The position numbers and the translations under genes were made by a program. This document shows, one piece after another, positions 39,754 through 51,936 of a stretch of DNA of 64,000 bases. Positions within the stretch are counted from its first letter, which is position 1. Each line of letters starts with the position of its first letter. The stretch comes from Firmicutes bacterium CAG:194 (GTDB lineage Bacteria > Bacillota > Clostridia > Lachnospirales > Lachnospiraceae): positions 100,637 to 164,636 of the forward strand of contig HF995233.1 of assembly GCA_000432915.1 (NCBI GenBank). The letters run 5' to 3'. Below the pieces are notes generated by a model. The model worked only from the letters and a program-made list of their open reading frames with translations, did not search any database and was not told the DNA's origin.

Positions 39754-41427
39754 TTATTTATTCTTTGGCACCTCTAAGATCGCGCCTCTGTTACCGCTTG
39801 TTACCAGCTCTCTGTATCTGGAAAGATAGCCTGTAGTAACCTTTGGCTCTCTCGGAACCCATTCTTTTCTTCTCTGTTCCATTTCTTCATCGGATACATC
39901 CACATCCAGTGTCATGGCAGGAATGTTGATCTTGATAATATCGCCTTCTTTGACAAGTGCGATCGGACCGCCGACAGCAGCTTCCGGAGAAACATGGCCG
40001 ATGGAAGCACCTCTGGAAGCACCTGAGAAACGACCGTCTGTGATCAGCGCAACACTGGAACCAAGACCCATTCCCGCAATGGCAGAAGTCGGGTTCAGCA
40101 TTTCTCTCATGCCAGGACCACCTTTCGGACCTTCATAACGGATCACAACCACATCACCCTTCACGATCTTACCGCTCTTGATCGCATCAATCGCATCTTC
40201 CTCGCAGTCAAAGACACGCGCCGGACCTTCATGTACCATCATTTCCTCTACTACAGCGGAGCGTTTTACAACACTGCCGTCCGGTGCAAGATTACCCTTC
40301 AGGACTGCAAGACCGCCTGTTTTACTGTATGGATTGGAAACAGGTCTGATGACCTCTTCGTTTTTATTGACCGCATCCTTGATGTTTTCACCGACTGTCT
40401 TTCCTGTAACTGTCATGCAGTCAAGGTTCAAAAGCCCGATATCAGCCAGCTCTTTCATTACCGCATAAACACCGCCTGCTTCATTCAGATCTTCCATGTA
40501 AGTAGGGCCTGCCGGTGCAAGGTGGCAGAGGTTCGGTGTTTTCTCGCTGATCGGGTTTGCAAAGGAAATATCAAAATCAAATCCGATCTCATGTGCGATC
40601 GCCGGCAGATGCAGCATAGAGTTTGTAGAGCATCCGAGAGCCATATCGACTGTCAGTGCATTTAAGATTGCATCCTTTGTCATGATATCTCTCGGTCTGA
40701 TATCTTTTTTGAGCATTTCCATAACTGCCATACCTGCATGCTTTGCAAGCTTGATCCTTTCGGAATAAACAGCCGGAATTGTTCCGTTTCCGCGAAGTCC
40801 CATACCAAGTGCTTCTGTCAGACAGTTCATGGAGTTTGCCGTGTACATACCGGAGCAGGAACCACAGGTCGGGCATACCTTTTCCTCAAATTCTCTGACT
40901 TCCTCTTCCGTCATTGTACCTGCTGCATTTGCACCGACTGCTTCAAACATGGAAGATAAGCTTCTTTTCTGCCCTTTGACATGACCCGCAAGCATCGGAC
41001 CGCCTGAAACAAATACAGTCGGTACATTGATACGGGCAGCAGCCATCAGAAGACCCGGTACGTTTTTATCACAGTTCGGTACCATGACAAGAGCATCAAA
41101 CTGATGTGCCAGTGCCATACATTCTGTGGAATCTGCGATCAGATCTCTTGTAACAAGCGAATATTTCATACCGATATGTCCCATTGCGATACCATCACAG
41201 ACTGCGATTGCCGGAAATACGACCGGAACACCGCCTGCTTCCGCTACGCCAAGTTTTACGGCGTTTACGATCTTATCCAGATTCATATGCCCCGGAACGA
41301 TCTCATTGTAAGAGCTTACGATACCGACCATCGGCTTTTTCATTTCTTCTTCGGTAAATCCCAATGCATTGAACAGACTTCTGTGTGGAGCCTGCTGCAT
41401 TCCCTTTTTTACATTATCACTTCTCAT
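39754..41427 (-). CDS. ilvD: Dihydroxy-acid dehydratase
   Basis: ILVD_EDD signatures ([15 protein letters not shown]). Confidence 0.95.
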   Translation of the reverse strand: MRSDNVKKGMQQAPHRSLFNALGFTEEEMKKPMVGIVSSYNEIVPGHMNLDKIVNAVKLGVAEAGGVPVVFPAIAVCDGIAMGHIGMKYSLVTRDLIADSTECMALAHQFDALVMVPNCDKNVPGLLMAAARINVPTVFVSGGPMLAGHVKGQKRSLSSMFEAVGANAAGTMTEEEVREFEEKVCPTCGSCSGMYTANSMNCLTEALGMGLRGNGTIPAVYSERIKLAKHAGMAVMEMLKKDIRPRDIMTKDAILNALTVDMALGCSTNSMLHLPAIAHEIGFDFDISFANPISEKTPNLCHLAPAGPTYMEDLNEAGGVYAVMKELADIGLLNLDCMTVTGKTVGENIKDAVNKNEEVIRPVSNPYSKTGGLAVLKGNLAPDGSVVKRSAVVEEMMVHEGPARVFDCEEDAIDAIKSGKIVKGDVVVIRYEGPKGGPGMREMLNPTSAIAGMGLGSSVALITDGRFSGASRGASIGHVSPEAAVGGPIALVKEGDIIKINIPAMTLDVDVSDEEMEQRRKEWVPREPKVTTGYLSRYRELVTSGNRGAILEVPKNK

Positions 41428-41441
41428 AGCTTTCTCTCCTT

Positions 41442-42542
41442 TTATATTCTCTCACAGATCAGGTCGCCCATTTCCTTTGTCCCTACCTGAGTTACCTTCT
41501 GCTTACCAGCTTCATCCTGTGGCATGATATCGATCGTACGATAGCCGTCCTCCAGTACCTTCTTGACTGCCTTCTCGATCGCAGATGCTTCTTCATCGAG
41601 ATCAAACGTATAGCGCAGCATCATGGCAGCACTCAGGATCGTAGCGATCGGATTGGCAATGCCTTTTCCCGCGATGTCCGGTGCAGAACCGCCGCTCGGC
41701 TCATACAGTCCGAATTTTGTATCATTTAAGCTTGCGGAGGAAAGCATTCCGATGGAACCTGTTACCATACTTGCTTCATCCGATAAAATATCACCGAACA
41801 TATTTTCTGTCAGGATCACATCGAACTGTCCCGGATCTTTGACAAGCTGCATTGCACAGTTATCCACCAGCATATGTTCAAGAGTTACCTCCGGGTAATC
41901 TTTGGCAACCTCTTCCACAACCTTTCTCCACAGTCTGGAAGAGTCCAGTACATTTGCTTTATCTACACTTGTAACTTTTTTGCGTCTCTTCATGGCGATC
42001 TCAAAGCCCTTGATGGCAATTCTTCTGATCTCGCCTTCGGAATAAGTCAGCGTATCAATTGCTTTCAGCTCACCGTTTTCTTCTACAGTCTTGCGCTCTC
42101 CGAAATAAAGACCTCCGGTCAGCTCACGCATGATCATCATATCAAACCCTTTTTCACTGATCTCCTGCTTCAGCGGGCAGGCAGCAGCCAGCTCTTCATA
42201 TAAAACAGCCGGGCGCAGATTGGCGAACAGATTCAGTGCCTTCCTGATCTTTAACAGACCTGCTTCCGGTCTCTTGGACGGCTCTAACTTGTACCACGGA
42301 GAAGTCTGCGTGTTGCCGCCGATGGAACCCATCAGTACAGCGTCTGCAGCCTTTGCGGTCGCGATTGCTTCGTCTGTCAGCGGAACACCATGTACATCAA
42401 TGGATGCACCGCCCATTAAGATATCCTCAAACTGCATTTCATGTCCGTAGACTGCTTCTATTTTCTTTAATACTTTCTTTGCTTCTGTTACAATTTCCGG
42501 TCCGATCCCATCTCCCGGAATACATACAATATTTAATTTCAT
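41442..42542 (-). CDS. leuB: 3-isopropylmalate dehydrogenase
   Basis: [27 protein letters not shown] before the ATG at 42542. Confidence 0.9.
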   Translation of the reverse strand: MKLNIVCIPGDGIGPEIVTEAKKVLKKIEAVYGHEMQFEDILMGGASIDVHGVPLTDEAIATAKAADAVLMGSIGGNTQTSPWYKLEPSKRPEAGLLKIRKALNLFANLRPAVLYEELAAACPLKQEISEKGFDMMIMRELTGGLYFGERKTVEENGELKAIDTLTYSEGEIRRIAIKGFEIAMKRRKKVTSVDKANVLDSSRLWRKVVEEVAKDYPEVTLEHMLVDNCAMQLVKDPGQFDVILTENMFGDILSDEASMVTGSIGMLSSASLNDTKFGLYEPSGGSAPDIAGKGIANPIATILSAAMMLRYTFDLDEEASAIEKAVKKVLEDGYRTIDIMPQDEAGKQKVTQVGTKEMGDLICERI

Positions 42543-42699
42543 ATTGTTTCCTCCAGTTTCTCCATACATTGATTTCTGCCGCTTTCTCGCGCGTACATAA
42601 ACCTATGTTCTATCTTACATGATATCTTTGTATACATCAATGAATTTCATAACAAAAGAGCATAATATAACTATTTGATATAGGCTTCATGCACTCCGG

Positions 42700-44007
42700 T
42701 TATTCTGCCATACCTGCCAGATAGTTGACAAACTGCTGTGCTGTTCTGCCGGAAATCCCCCCATGGGAAAGTTCCCATTTATTGGCTTCTTTCTTAAGGT
42801 CTTCATCAGACATTGCAATGCCCTGTTTTCTTGCCAGTGTGATCACGATCTCCATAAATTCCTTCGGGGTCGGCTTTGTATAACTGATCGTGACACCAAA
42901 GCGATTGACTAAAGAAAGCTTCTCTTCCATTGTATCACTGCGGTGCATATCCTGCGTATGCTCCATATCGTTTCTGTCATTCCAGTTTTCCTTGATCAGA
43001 TGACGACGGTTGGATGTTGCGTAGATCAATATATTTTCCGGTTTTGTTTCCACGCCGCCCTCAATAACAGCCTTCAAGAATTTGTATTCAATTTCAAATT
43101 CCTCAAAAGAAAGATCATCCATATAGATAATAAAGCGATAATTTCTGTTTTTGATCCGGGCGATCACACCGGACAGATCCTTAAACTGATGCTTGTAGAT
43201 CTCGATCATACGGAGTCCCTGATCATAGTACTGGTTGACGATTGCCTTAATGCTCGTCGATTTACCTGTTCCGCTATCACCGAACAGCAGTACATTATTG
43301 GCTTTTCTGCCCTGTACAAACGCTTCTGTATTATCAACCAGCTTCTTTTTCTGAATCTCATAGCCGACAAGATCATCAAGCATGACCTTATCCAGATTAT
43401 TGATCGGGTAAAAGTCAGGCTCGCCCTGCCCCTTATCGATCAGACGGAAGGCTTTGTTCAGACCGAACATACCGACACCGTAAGCCTTGTAAAAATCGGT
43501 GACCGCTTCAAAGAATTCATTCTCATCCTTTGTCTGCTCCAGCTTTTCACTGAGTGCCTGTACCTTTTCACTGACATTTTTATTGTACATCAGCTCTTTT
43601 TTGCCGATTGCCTTGTAATCGGACAGAATACTGAAGCACTGGATACCGAGTGCTTCCTCGATCGGTTTAAAATCAAAGAAAAACAGGTTGCGGAACACTC
43701 TGAAATCATTCTTTGCGAAAATATTGACGCTGCCATCATTTGCACCGACCTTTTCACAGGTCAGACTGAACGGATTTTCGTTTGTGATGAGCAGATATGT
43801 CAGATAGTTGTGCCACAGATTATGGTCAAAGCCGTAATCCGTTGCCACCTCCAAAAGGCGCTTGAGCTGCGTATAAATATCCCGGATAAGCTGTGCATTG
43901 TCCTCTGTCTTTTCATCAAATGCGCGGAAGATCTCTCCCAGCTTTACCAGGATCGTATCCTCCTTCATATTACCGTACATGATCAATTTTGCGATTTCTT
44001 TATACAT
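42700..44007 (-). CDS. DUF815-type P-loop ATPase (AAA-like), function unknown
   Basis: LLFGDSGTGKSTSIKAIV Walker A and IIYMDDLSFEE Walker B. Confidence 0.5.
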   Translation of the reverse strand: MYKEIAKLIMYGNMKEDTILVKLGEIFRAFDEKTEDNAQLIRDIYTQLKRLLEVATDYGFDHNLWHNYLTYLLITNENPFSLTCEKVGANDGSVNIFAKNDFRVFRNLFFFDFKPIEEALGIQCFSILSDYKAIGKKELMYNKNVSEKVQALSEKLEQTKDENEFFEAVTDFYKAYGVGMFGLNKAFRLIDKGQGEPDFYPINNLDKVMLDDLVGYEIQKKKLVDNTEAFVQGRKANNVLLFGDSGTGKSTSIKAIVNQYYDQGLRMIEIYKHQFKDLSGVIARIKNRNYRFIIYMDDLSFEEFEIEYKFLKAVIEGGVETKPENILIYATSNRRHLIKENWNDRNDMEHTQDMHRSDTMEEKLSLVNRFGVTISYTKPTPKEFMEIVITLARKQGIAMSDEDLKKEANKWELSHGGISGRTAQQFVNYLAGMAE

Positions 44008-44137
44008 ATTCTACCTCCATAACATATCCCGCTTCATAAGTTACAGGAGCGTTTTATGTAATAGAAACGAAGTTTCCCATTACATAAAAAGGGCAAATAA
44101 ATGCATTCATTTATCTGCCCCGGTTCTATTTTCGTTT

Positions 44138-44458
44138 TTATTCTGCGTCAGGCTTTTCTACCTGTACGATTGCTGTCTTATTCATTGGGATACGACAGTT
44201 TTTGTTATTACCGAACTCAACGATCACAGTACCCTGGTCATCATTGATATCAATTACCATTCCGTAAAAACCACTTGTTGTTAAAATGCTGTCGCCGATC
44301 GCAAGCTGGGAAAGCATAGCGTTCATTTTCTTCTGTTCCTTCTTCTGCGGACGGATCATTAAGAAATAGATAAAACCGACGATAAATACAAGATATACAA
44401 CCAGGACCACACCTGACATTGAATTTGCTGCTGCTGTTTCAGATAATAAAATACCCAT
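44138..44458 (-). CDS. yajC: Preprotein translocase subunit YajC
   Basis: Single TM then VIDINDDQGTVIVEFGNNK. A terminator hairpin plus T5 follows at about 44085-44125. Confidence 0.85.
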   Translation of the reverse strand: MGILLSETAAANSMSGVVLVVYLVFIVGFIYFLMIRPQKKEQKKMNAMLSQLAIGDSILTTSGFYGMVIDINDDQGTVIVEFGNNKNCRIPMNKTAIVQVEKPDAE

Positions 44459-44544
44459 GTTTCTTCCTCCAGATTAAAATGTACATAAAATATGCTAACA
44501 GTTATCATACACAAATTAGACGAATCTTGCAAGACTATTTTTGC

Positions 44545-45681
44545 CTATTGCTGCTCACCGGCCGCCATGCTTTCCAGCATTTCTTTCTTGTATGCAGCAA
44601 ATCTGCCTTCATCAAGTGCATTTCTGATCTCTTCCATCAGATGATTATAGAAATACAGATTGTGCAGCACGCAAAGCCGCATACCCAGCATTTCCTTTGC
44701 CTTTAACAGATGGCGGATATAAGCCCTTGAATATCTTCTGCAGGCAGGACACTGGCAGCCTTCCTCGATCGGTCTTTCATCCAGCTCATATTTTGCATTG
44801 AACAGATTGATCTTACCGGATTTTGTATATAAATGTCCGTGACGTCCGTTCCGGGATGGATATACACAGTCAAAGAAATCAATACCTCGCTCTACGCCTT
44901 CCAGAATATTTGCCGGTGTTCCGACGCCCATCAGATAAGTCGGCTTATCCTTTGGCAGATAGGGAACTGTTTCCTCTATAATATGATACATTTCTTCATG
45001 TGTCTCACCAACAGCAAGTCCTCCGATCGCGTAACCGTCCAGATTCATTTCCGCAATGCGCTTTGCATGATCGATGCGGATATCCTCATAAATTGCGCCC
45101 TGATTGATACCAAACAGAAGCTGCTCTTTATTGATCGTACGATCAAGCTGATTCAGGCGCTGCATTTCTGCTTTACAGCGGGCAAGCCAGCGCGTCGTAC
45201 GTTCCACGGAGTTTTGCACATAGCTGCGTTCTGCTTTCGCTGGTGCACATTCATCAAATGCCATGGCAATCGTTGAAGCAAGATTAGACTGGATCTGCAT
45301 ACTTTCTTCCGGTCCCATGAAAATCTTACGTCCGTCAATATGAGAATGGAAATAAACGCCCTCTTCCTTGATCTTGCGCAGTCCTGCCAGCGAAAACACC
45401 TGAAATCCGCCGGAATCTGTCAGGATTGGTCTATCCCATACCATAAATTTATGAAGTCCGCCCAGCTCATGCACGATCTCGTCTCCCGGACGCACATGCA
45501 GATGATACGTATTGGAAAGCTGGATCTGTGTTCCGATCTGCTCCAGATCCTCCGTTCCGACGGCACCCTTGATTGCCGCGATTGTACCGACATTCATAAA
45601 TACCGGTGTTTGTACGGTTCCGTGAACGGTCTGAAATTCTGCCCGTTTGGCAGTCCCTTCCTGCTTTAAAATCTTATACAT
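44545..45681 (-). CDS. tgt: Queuine tRNA-ribosyltransferase
   Basis: TPVFMNVGT and the zinc site CxCxxC...H (CQCPACRRYSRAYIRH). Confidence 0.95.
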   Translation of the reverse strand: MYKILKQEGTAKRAEFQTVHGTVQTPVFMNVGTIAAIKGAVGTEDLEQIGTQIQLSNTYHLHVRPGDEIVHELGGLHKFMVWDRPILTDSGGFQVFSLAGLRKIKEEGVYFHSHIDGRKIFMGPEESMQIQSNLASTIAMAFDECAPAKAERSYVQNSVERTTRWLARCKAEMQRLNQLDRTINKEQLLFGINQGAIYEDIRIDHAKRIAEMNLDGYAIGGLAVGETHEEMYHIIEETVPYLPKDKPTYLMGVGTPANILEGVERGIDFFDCVYPSRNGRHGHLYTKSGKINLFNAKYELDERPIEEGCQCPACRRYSRAYIRHLLKAKEMLGMRLCVLHNLYFYNHLMEEIRNALDEGRFAAYKKEMLESMAAGEQQ

Positions 45682-45735
45682 CTGTATCTCCTTATTTTCT
45701 TGCCATTATAGTCGCTCAGAATTTATATGATAGCT

Positions 45736-46509
45736 TTAAACAGCAGCCATGTCAACTGCATTTAAATCCAGCTCGATTGGGCAGTGATCCGATCCCATAA
45801 CCTGTGTGTGGATCGCCGCGCCTGCGAGACGGTCCTTCAGATCTTCCGATACTACAAAATAGTCGATACGCCAGCCTGCGTTCTTCTCTCTTGCCTTAAA
45901 CCGGTATGACCACCAGGAATAAACGCCCTCCGTATCCGGATAAAAATAGCGGTAAGTGTCAATATAGCCGGATGCCAGAACCTTGTCAAAACAGCTTCTT
46001 TCCTCATCCGTAAAGCCTGCATTGTGGCGGTTTGTCTTCGGATTTTTCAGATCGATCTCCTGATGTGCCACATTCAGATCTCCGCAGAATACAACGGATT
46101 TTCTGCTTTTCAGTCCGTTGATATAGTCTAAAAGTGCCTTTTCCCACGTCATGCGATAGGAAAGTCTGGCAAGCTCCTGCTGGGAATTCGGTGTATAGAC
46201 CGTAACCACATACAGATCTTCATATTCGGCTGTGATCACGCGGCCTTCCCTGTCATACTCCTCAATCCCAATTCCATATGTTACCTGCAGTGGCTCTTTC
46301 TTTGTAAAAAGAGCCGTTCCGGAATAACCCTTCTTTTCCGCATAGTTCCAGTATTGATGATAGCCCTCAAGCGGCAGCTCGATCTGTCTCTCCTGCAGCT
46401 TGGATTCCTGAATGCAGAAGATATCCGCATCCGCCTCCCGGAAAAAATCCATAAATCCTTTGCCCACACAGGCTCGTAACCCGTTTACATTCCATGATAT
46501 CAGTTTCAT
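45736..46509 (-). CDS. xth: Exodeoxyribonuclease III
   Basis: MKLISWNVNGLRA and the EEP family. A GTG start at 46530 is an alternative. Confidence 0.9.
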   Translation of the reverse strand: MKLISWNVNGLRACVGKGFMDFFREADADIFCIQESKLQERQIELPLEGYHQYWNYAEKKGYSGTALFTKKEPLQVTYGIGIEEYDREGRVITAEYEDLYVVTVYTPNSQQELARLSYRMTWEKALLDYINGLKSRKSVVFCGDLNVAHQEIDLKNPKTNRHNAGFTDEERSCFDKVLASGYIDTYRYFYPDTEGVYSWWSYRFKAREKNAGWRIDYFVVSEDLKDRLAGAAIHTQVMGSDHCPIELDLNAVDMAAV

Positions 46510-46564
46510 TTTGCATATCGCATCCAACACTTTTATTTATTGGATACACCCTTTCTTATCTATC

Positions 46565-47437
46565 CTATTGTTGTCTGACTCTCTGGACAAATTCTTCAAG
46601 TGTCAGATTTTTTTTCATAATGATCGTTGCCGCATCCTTTCCGACATAGCGGAAATGCCATGGTTCAAATTCAATTCCCGTAATTTCTTCTTTTCCCTTT
46701 GGATAACGCAGGATAAAGCCATAATCCTGACAATGTGCTGCCAGCCATTTGCCTGCGGCTGTGTCTGCAAAGCCTTCCTCCAGCGCCGTATACGTATTTG
46801 ATATGATATCAAGCGCCAGTCCGATCTGATGCTCACTTGCGCCGGGGATCGTGACCGCCTGTGCGGTCTTCTTATAAGCCTCCAGAAAAGATACATTTTT
46901 CCTCATATAATTTTTGATTTTACGGTTAAACAGCATATCCTGTCTGCTCATATCCCGATAAGGCGAACAGACTACCAGCGTAATGCCATCCTTTTTGGCA
47001 TCCTGCATCATTTCGGTAAGCTCCGGAATGATCCGCTCATCACACTTCATGCTTCCCTTGATCACACCCAGCTTCACTTCATAATCCTCCGGGATCGGGT
47101 GTTGCTTGTTGACAAGGAGCAGATTCCATGCATCCAGGTCAAAGGACGATTCCCAGTTCTCTCCTGTTTCCGCCTCTGCGGTATCTATTGTATTTTCCGA
47201 TAATGTAAGCCCGTCATTTGCTGCCAGCACATCCGTCAGGCTGTAGGTCTGATTGACCGACTGCCCGTCCTCCTGCACCTGATCCATAAAAAAAGCTGCA
47301 TTTTCCTGATACAGCATACTGTTTCCGATCAGAAAGAAAAAGGCCGCCGCCACAAGCAGCAAAAGCTTTCTGATCACTGTCATTTCCTTCATTTTATCAC
47401 CAGTAATTTTGTATTTTTCACATATTTTATGGTGCAA
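46565..47437 (-). CDS. D-alanyl-D-alanine carboxypeptidase, VanY/M15B family (membrane anchored). The start is uncertain (47392 or 47383).
   Basis: SEHQIGLALDI and EPWHFRYVG zinc-peptidase motifs. Confidence 0.75.
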   Translation of the reverse strand: MHHKICEKYKITGDKMKEMTVIRKLLLLVAAAFFFLIGNSMLYQENAAFFMDQVQEDGQSVNQTYSLTDVLAANDGLTLSENTIDTAEAETGENWESSFDLDAWNLLLVNKQHPIPEDYEVKLGVIKGSMKCDERIIPELTEMMQDAKKDGITLVVCSPYRDMSRQDMLFNRKIKNYMRKNVSFLEAYKKTAQAVTIPGASEHQIGLALDIISNTYTALEEGFADTAAGKWLAAHCQDYGFILRYPKGKEEITGIEFEPWHFRYVGKDAATIIMKKNLTLEEFVQRVRQQ

Positions 47438-47530
47438 TTATAGCATTTATTTTTTTCATTGTCATTAAAAAGAAACTTCGATATAATGGAAAGGCAGATG
47501 ATACGAACAAAAGCAGAAAGGATACTTATT

Positions 47531-48634
47531 ATGGCTGGTTCAATATTTGGAACACATTTCAGAATAGGAACATTCGGCGAATCGCATGGAGAAGGGCTCG
47601 GCGTTGTGATCGACGGTTGTCCCGCAGGACTTTCTCTTTGTGCAGAGGATATACAGCTTTATTTAAACCGTCGTAAACCCGGTCAGTCAAAATTTGCCAC
47701 ACCGCGTAAAGAGGCGGATGCGATTGAAATCCTGTCCGGTGTATTTGAAGGAAAAACAACCGGAACGCCGATCGCACTTCTGGTCAGAAATACATCCCAG
47801 CGGTCTTCCGATTATTCCGAAATCGCCTCTTATTACAGACCGGGGCATGCGGATTTCACTTTTGATGCCAAATACGGCTTCCGCGACTATCGCGGCGGTG
47901 GTCGTTCCTCCGGACGTGAAACGATCGGTCGTGTGGCAGCAGGTGCGATTGCCTGTAAAATATTGCAGGAGCTTGGTATTACGGTCTGCGCCTATACAAA
48001 AGCGATCGGTCCCGTCGAGGCTTCCATGGAACAATTTGACCCGGATGCTATTTTAACGACTCCTACTGCTATGCCTGATCGAAAGGCTTCCGAGGAAGCT
48101 GAGGCTTACCTCTCAGGCTGTATGGAGCAGAAGGATTCCTGTGGTGGTGTGATCGAATGCAGGATAGACGGTGTTCCCGCCGGCATTGGAGAACCTGTCT
48201 TTGACAAGCTGGATGCCTCCCTTGCCAAAGCCGTGATGTCGATCGGTGCTGTCAAGGCATTTGAGATCGGTGATGGCACGAAAGTGGCTCATATGCATGG
48301 CAGCGAAAATAATGACTGCTTCTGCATAAAAGACGGCCGGGTTATCAAGGAAACAAATCACAGCGGCGGTATTTTAGGCGGTATTTCCGATGGCAGCCAG
48401 ATCATGCTCCGCGCCTATGTGAAGCCGACCCCATCCATCTTCCAATCGCAGCACACGGTCAACAAAGCCGGGGAAGAAATTGACATCCAGATCAAAGGGC
48501 GTCACGATCCGGTCATCATGCCAAGAGCCGTTGTTGTGGTAGAAGCCATGACTGCTTTAACCGTTCTGGATCTGATGATGGACAATATGACCGCAAGAGT
48601 TGATTATCTGAAACAGATTTATACTCCAAAATAA
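47531..48634 (+). CDS. aroC: Chorismate synthase
   Basis: [24 protein letters not shown]. Confidence 0.95.
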   Translation: MAGSIFGTHFRIGTFGESHGEGLGVVIDGCPAGLSLCAEDIQLYLNRRKPGQSKFATPRKEADAIEILSGVFEGKTTGTPIALLVRNTSQRSSDYSEIASYYRPGHADFTFDAKYGFRDYRGGGRSSGRETIGRVAAGAIACKILQELGITVCAYTKAIGPVEASMEQFDPDAILTTPTAMPDRKASEEAEAYLSGCMEQKDSCGGVIECRIDGVPAGIGEPVFDKLDASLAKAVMSIGAVKAFEIGDGTKVAHMHGSENNDCFCIKDGRVIKETNHSGGILGGISDGSQIMLRAYVKPTPSIFQSQHTVNKAGEEIDIQIKGRHDPVIMPRAVVVVEAMTALTVLDLMMDNMTARVDYLKQIYTPK

Positions 48635-48655
48635 AGTGTGCACATCTTTGCAAAC

Positions 48656-48743
48656 AGAGACGAGATACGCTCTGCGAATCTCGCTCTGATTAGCGGTCGT
48701 CAAATGCACCGCATAAATGCGTGCATTTTCCTCGTCGCCATAA
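48656..48743 (+). ncRNA. Conserved structured ~90-nt 3'-UTR element, copy 2
   Basis: Starts 22 nt after the aroC stop. Same architecture as 28288-28376. Followed by two hairpins (48751-48773 and 48778-48813, the latter followed by TTTT). Confidence 0.4.
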
Positions 48744-48850
48744 CACAAAAACAGCCCTACATGCAGAGGGCTGTTCTCTGCCTCAGCCATCTCCCCGGGA
48801 GCTGGCTGAGGCTTTTAAATAAAATGAAGTATGAAAAAATATGTGGTAGC

Positions 48851-50164
<1,314 letters not shown>

Positions 50165-50368
50165 TTAAGGACTGCGGAAATCCTCCCGGAAGCCGGTGAC
50201 GCTTCCGGTTTTGTACATAATGTCATGTATCTATGATGCATGACAAGTTCAGCAGTGATACAAACTGAGGGTTCCACATGATTTATTCTATGTTAGTTAA
50301 TTCTAACCGATATAATAATATACAAACTGCCTATTAATAATAAGGCTAATTTATAGGATATCCTTTCT

Positions 50369-50797
50369 CTAAGAGGCGAGCTGCTTACCAAGTTCTCTAC
50401 ACTCTTCCAAAGCTTCTTCGTCCGGTGTTTCATTACAGATCAGTCCTTCCCCGCCTACGATCTCGGCGCCGGCGCTCTGCATACGTTCTGTCCAGTCACG
50501 CATCCACTGTCCGTCTCCCCATCCGTAGGATCCAAATAATGCGATTTTCTTTCCTTTTGCAAATGTTTCAACAGCCATTACAAACGGCTCCATTTCGCTT
50601 TCTTCCAGCACTTCCGCGCCCATTGCGGGACATCCGAGTGCAAATGCTGCTTCATCTTTTAATGCATCTGCCGGAATTTCACTGACAAATACAAGTTCAG
50701 GCGTTTTTCCTGCTGCTGTAATGCCTTCCGCAACTGCCTGTGCCATTGCCTGTGTGTTGCCACTCTGTGTCCAGAATACTACGTAAATCTTATCCAT
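50369..50797 (-). CDS. Flavodoxin (short-chain)
   Basis: MDKIYVVFWTQSGNTQAMAQAV FMN-binding loop. AAAGGA RBS. Confidence 0.85.
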   Translation of the reverse strand: MDKIYVVFWTQSGNTQAMAQAVAEGITAAGKTPELVFVSEIPADALKDEAAFALGCPAMGAEVLEESEMEPFVMAVETFAKGKKIALFGSYGWGDGQWMRDWTERMQSAGAEIVGGEGLICNETPDEEALEECRELGKQLAS

Positions 50798-50836
50798 TTT
50801 ATTTCCTTTCCGGGTCAAGCCCTGTCAAACTTTTGA

Positions 50837-51439
50837 TTAACTACAAACACTTATGATCTCTTTCATCCCGATCCCGCAGGATAAGAGATGGATGAGGCTT
50901 TCTTTTGCATATTCGAATCGGTCAAATAGTGCTTTCTTTGCTTCCGGATCTTTGTAAACCTTCCAGTAGCCTGTGTATAAGCTGTTTTTTCCCTGCTGTG
51001 ACACAAATCCTTCCACGTCCTCCGGTGGATATCCGAGGATCAGTCCCAGTTCATGCGGAAAATCCTTCTTCTCCAGCATGTATTTCTGATATCGTCTGCA
51101 ACAGGTATCTAAAATGCAATCAGGTGTGACATTGTCATAACCGAATCTGGTAAGAAGCTCTGCTACGTCTTTCCGGCTCAGATAGCTTGTAAGCTGATTT
51201 TCCTGATATAGCAGAAAAAGCACTCTGCCGTCCAAAAGTCCCATCTGATAAACGGATATGCCACTGTTTTCCAAAATATCATACATCGCCTTGTAAGCAT
51301 CCAGTCCGATACTGAACAGATTGGAAATCTTCATTCCGGTGATCAGTGGTGCACATTGCATTGCCAGCTCAACTTCTACCTGATTGATACTTTCTTCCAT
51401 CGACATCTGCTTCAGAATTTTCCAGGTATCCCGACTCAA
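50837..51439 (-). CDS. Hypothetical protein (possibly DUF3793 family), TTG start
   Basis: 200 aa, co-oriented and 39 nt upstream of the flavodoxin gene. GAGGAGG RBS. Confidence 0.3.
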   Translation of the reverse strand: MSRDTWKILKQMSMEESINQVEVELAMQCAPLITGMKISNLFSIGLDAYKAMYDILENSGISVYQMGLLDGRVLFLLYQENQLTSYLSRKDVAELLTRFGYDNVTPDCILDTCCRRYQKYMLEKKDFPHELGLILGYPPEDVEGFVSQQGKNSLYTGYWKVYKDPEAKKALFDRFEYAKESLIHLLSCGIGMKEIISVCS

Positions 51440-51671
51440 ATCACAGCCTCCTCTCTTATTGGTTAGTTGTTTCTAACCTACTAAAATGATATAGAATGAT
51501 TTACGTTTCGTCAAGGGTTTGAACTGATAATATTTTTCACTTATAAAAGGGAAATTATACACAGCGGATGGGCTGTGTTTTGAATTACAGACAGGAAAAT
51601 TTACTGTTTTAACAAAAAAACATGAAAAATATATAAGGGATATGGGCATATATGTAATACAAGATATAAAA

Positions 51672-51926
51672 AAGCAGGATTCACCTATAATAAGCAATCG
51701 ATAGTGTAGCCGACCGAGATTTGCAAAGCCCTTGCCGTGCTCCGGCCACCACGCTTTTTGGTATATGTAACGGATTTACACAGTAAATCCGTTATGTAGC
51801 CTCTGTGCATCGGCGAAGCCGATTTCACATGCACAGAGGTTCGAGTGGCTGGAGCACATGCAATAGGTGCTTTTCGCAAATCGCAGGGTAGGCAAACGTG
51901 ATTGCGTTTATAGATGGATCCTGCTT
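51672..51926 (+). repeat. Palindromic hairpin-forming repeat element, copy C (longest, with nested internal hairpins)
   Basis: Same conserved ends as copies A and B (AAGCAATCGATAGTGTAGCCGACCGAGATTT ... CAAATCGCAGGGTAGGCAAACGTGATTGC) with outer inverted repeats. Confidence 0.6.
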
Positions 51927-51936
51927 TTATAAAATT

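Noticed and set aside
42543-42699. Possible T-box or attenuator leader upstream of leuB
   Set aside because: Only 157 nt, with no T-box AGGGTGGNACCGCG motif and no Leu/Ile/Val-rich leader peptide.
42943-44022. 359-aa + strand ORF
   Set aside because: Antisense to the DUF815 ATPase gene. No motifs and no RBS.
50186-50214. + strand terminator-like hairpin CCGGAAGC-cggtga-GCTTCCGG plus TTTTGT, 34 nt upstream of the eno start codon
   Set aside because: There is no + strand gene upstream for it to terminate. It may be a 5'-UTR structure of eno or a relic. I noted it but could not assign a function.
51685-51879. 64-aa minus-strand ORF
   Set aside because: It lies entirely inside palindromic repeat copy C, so the open frame is a by-product of the hairpin repeats. 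Likewise 33698-33937 and 33862-34104 inside copies A and B.
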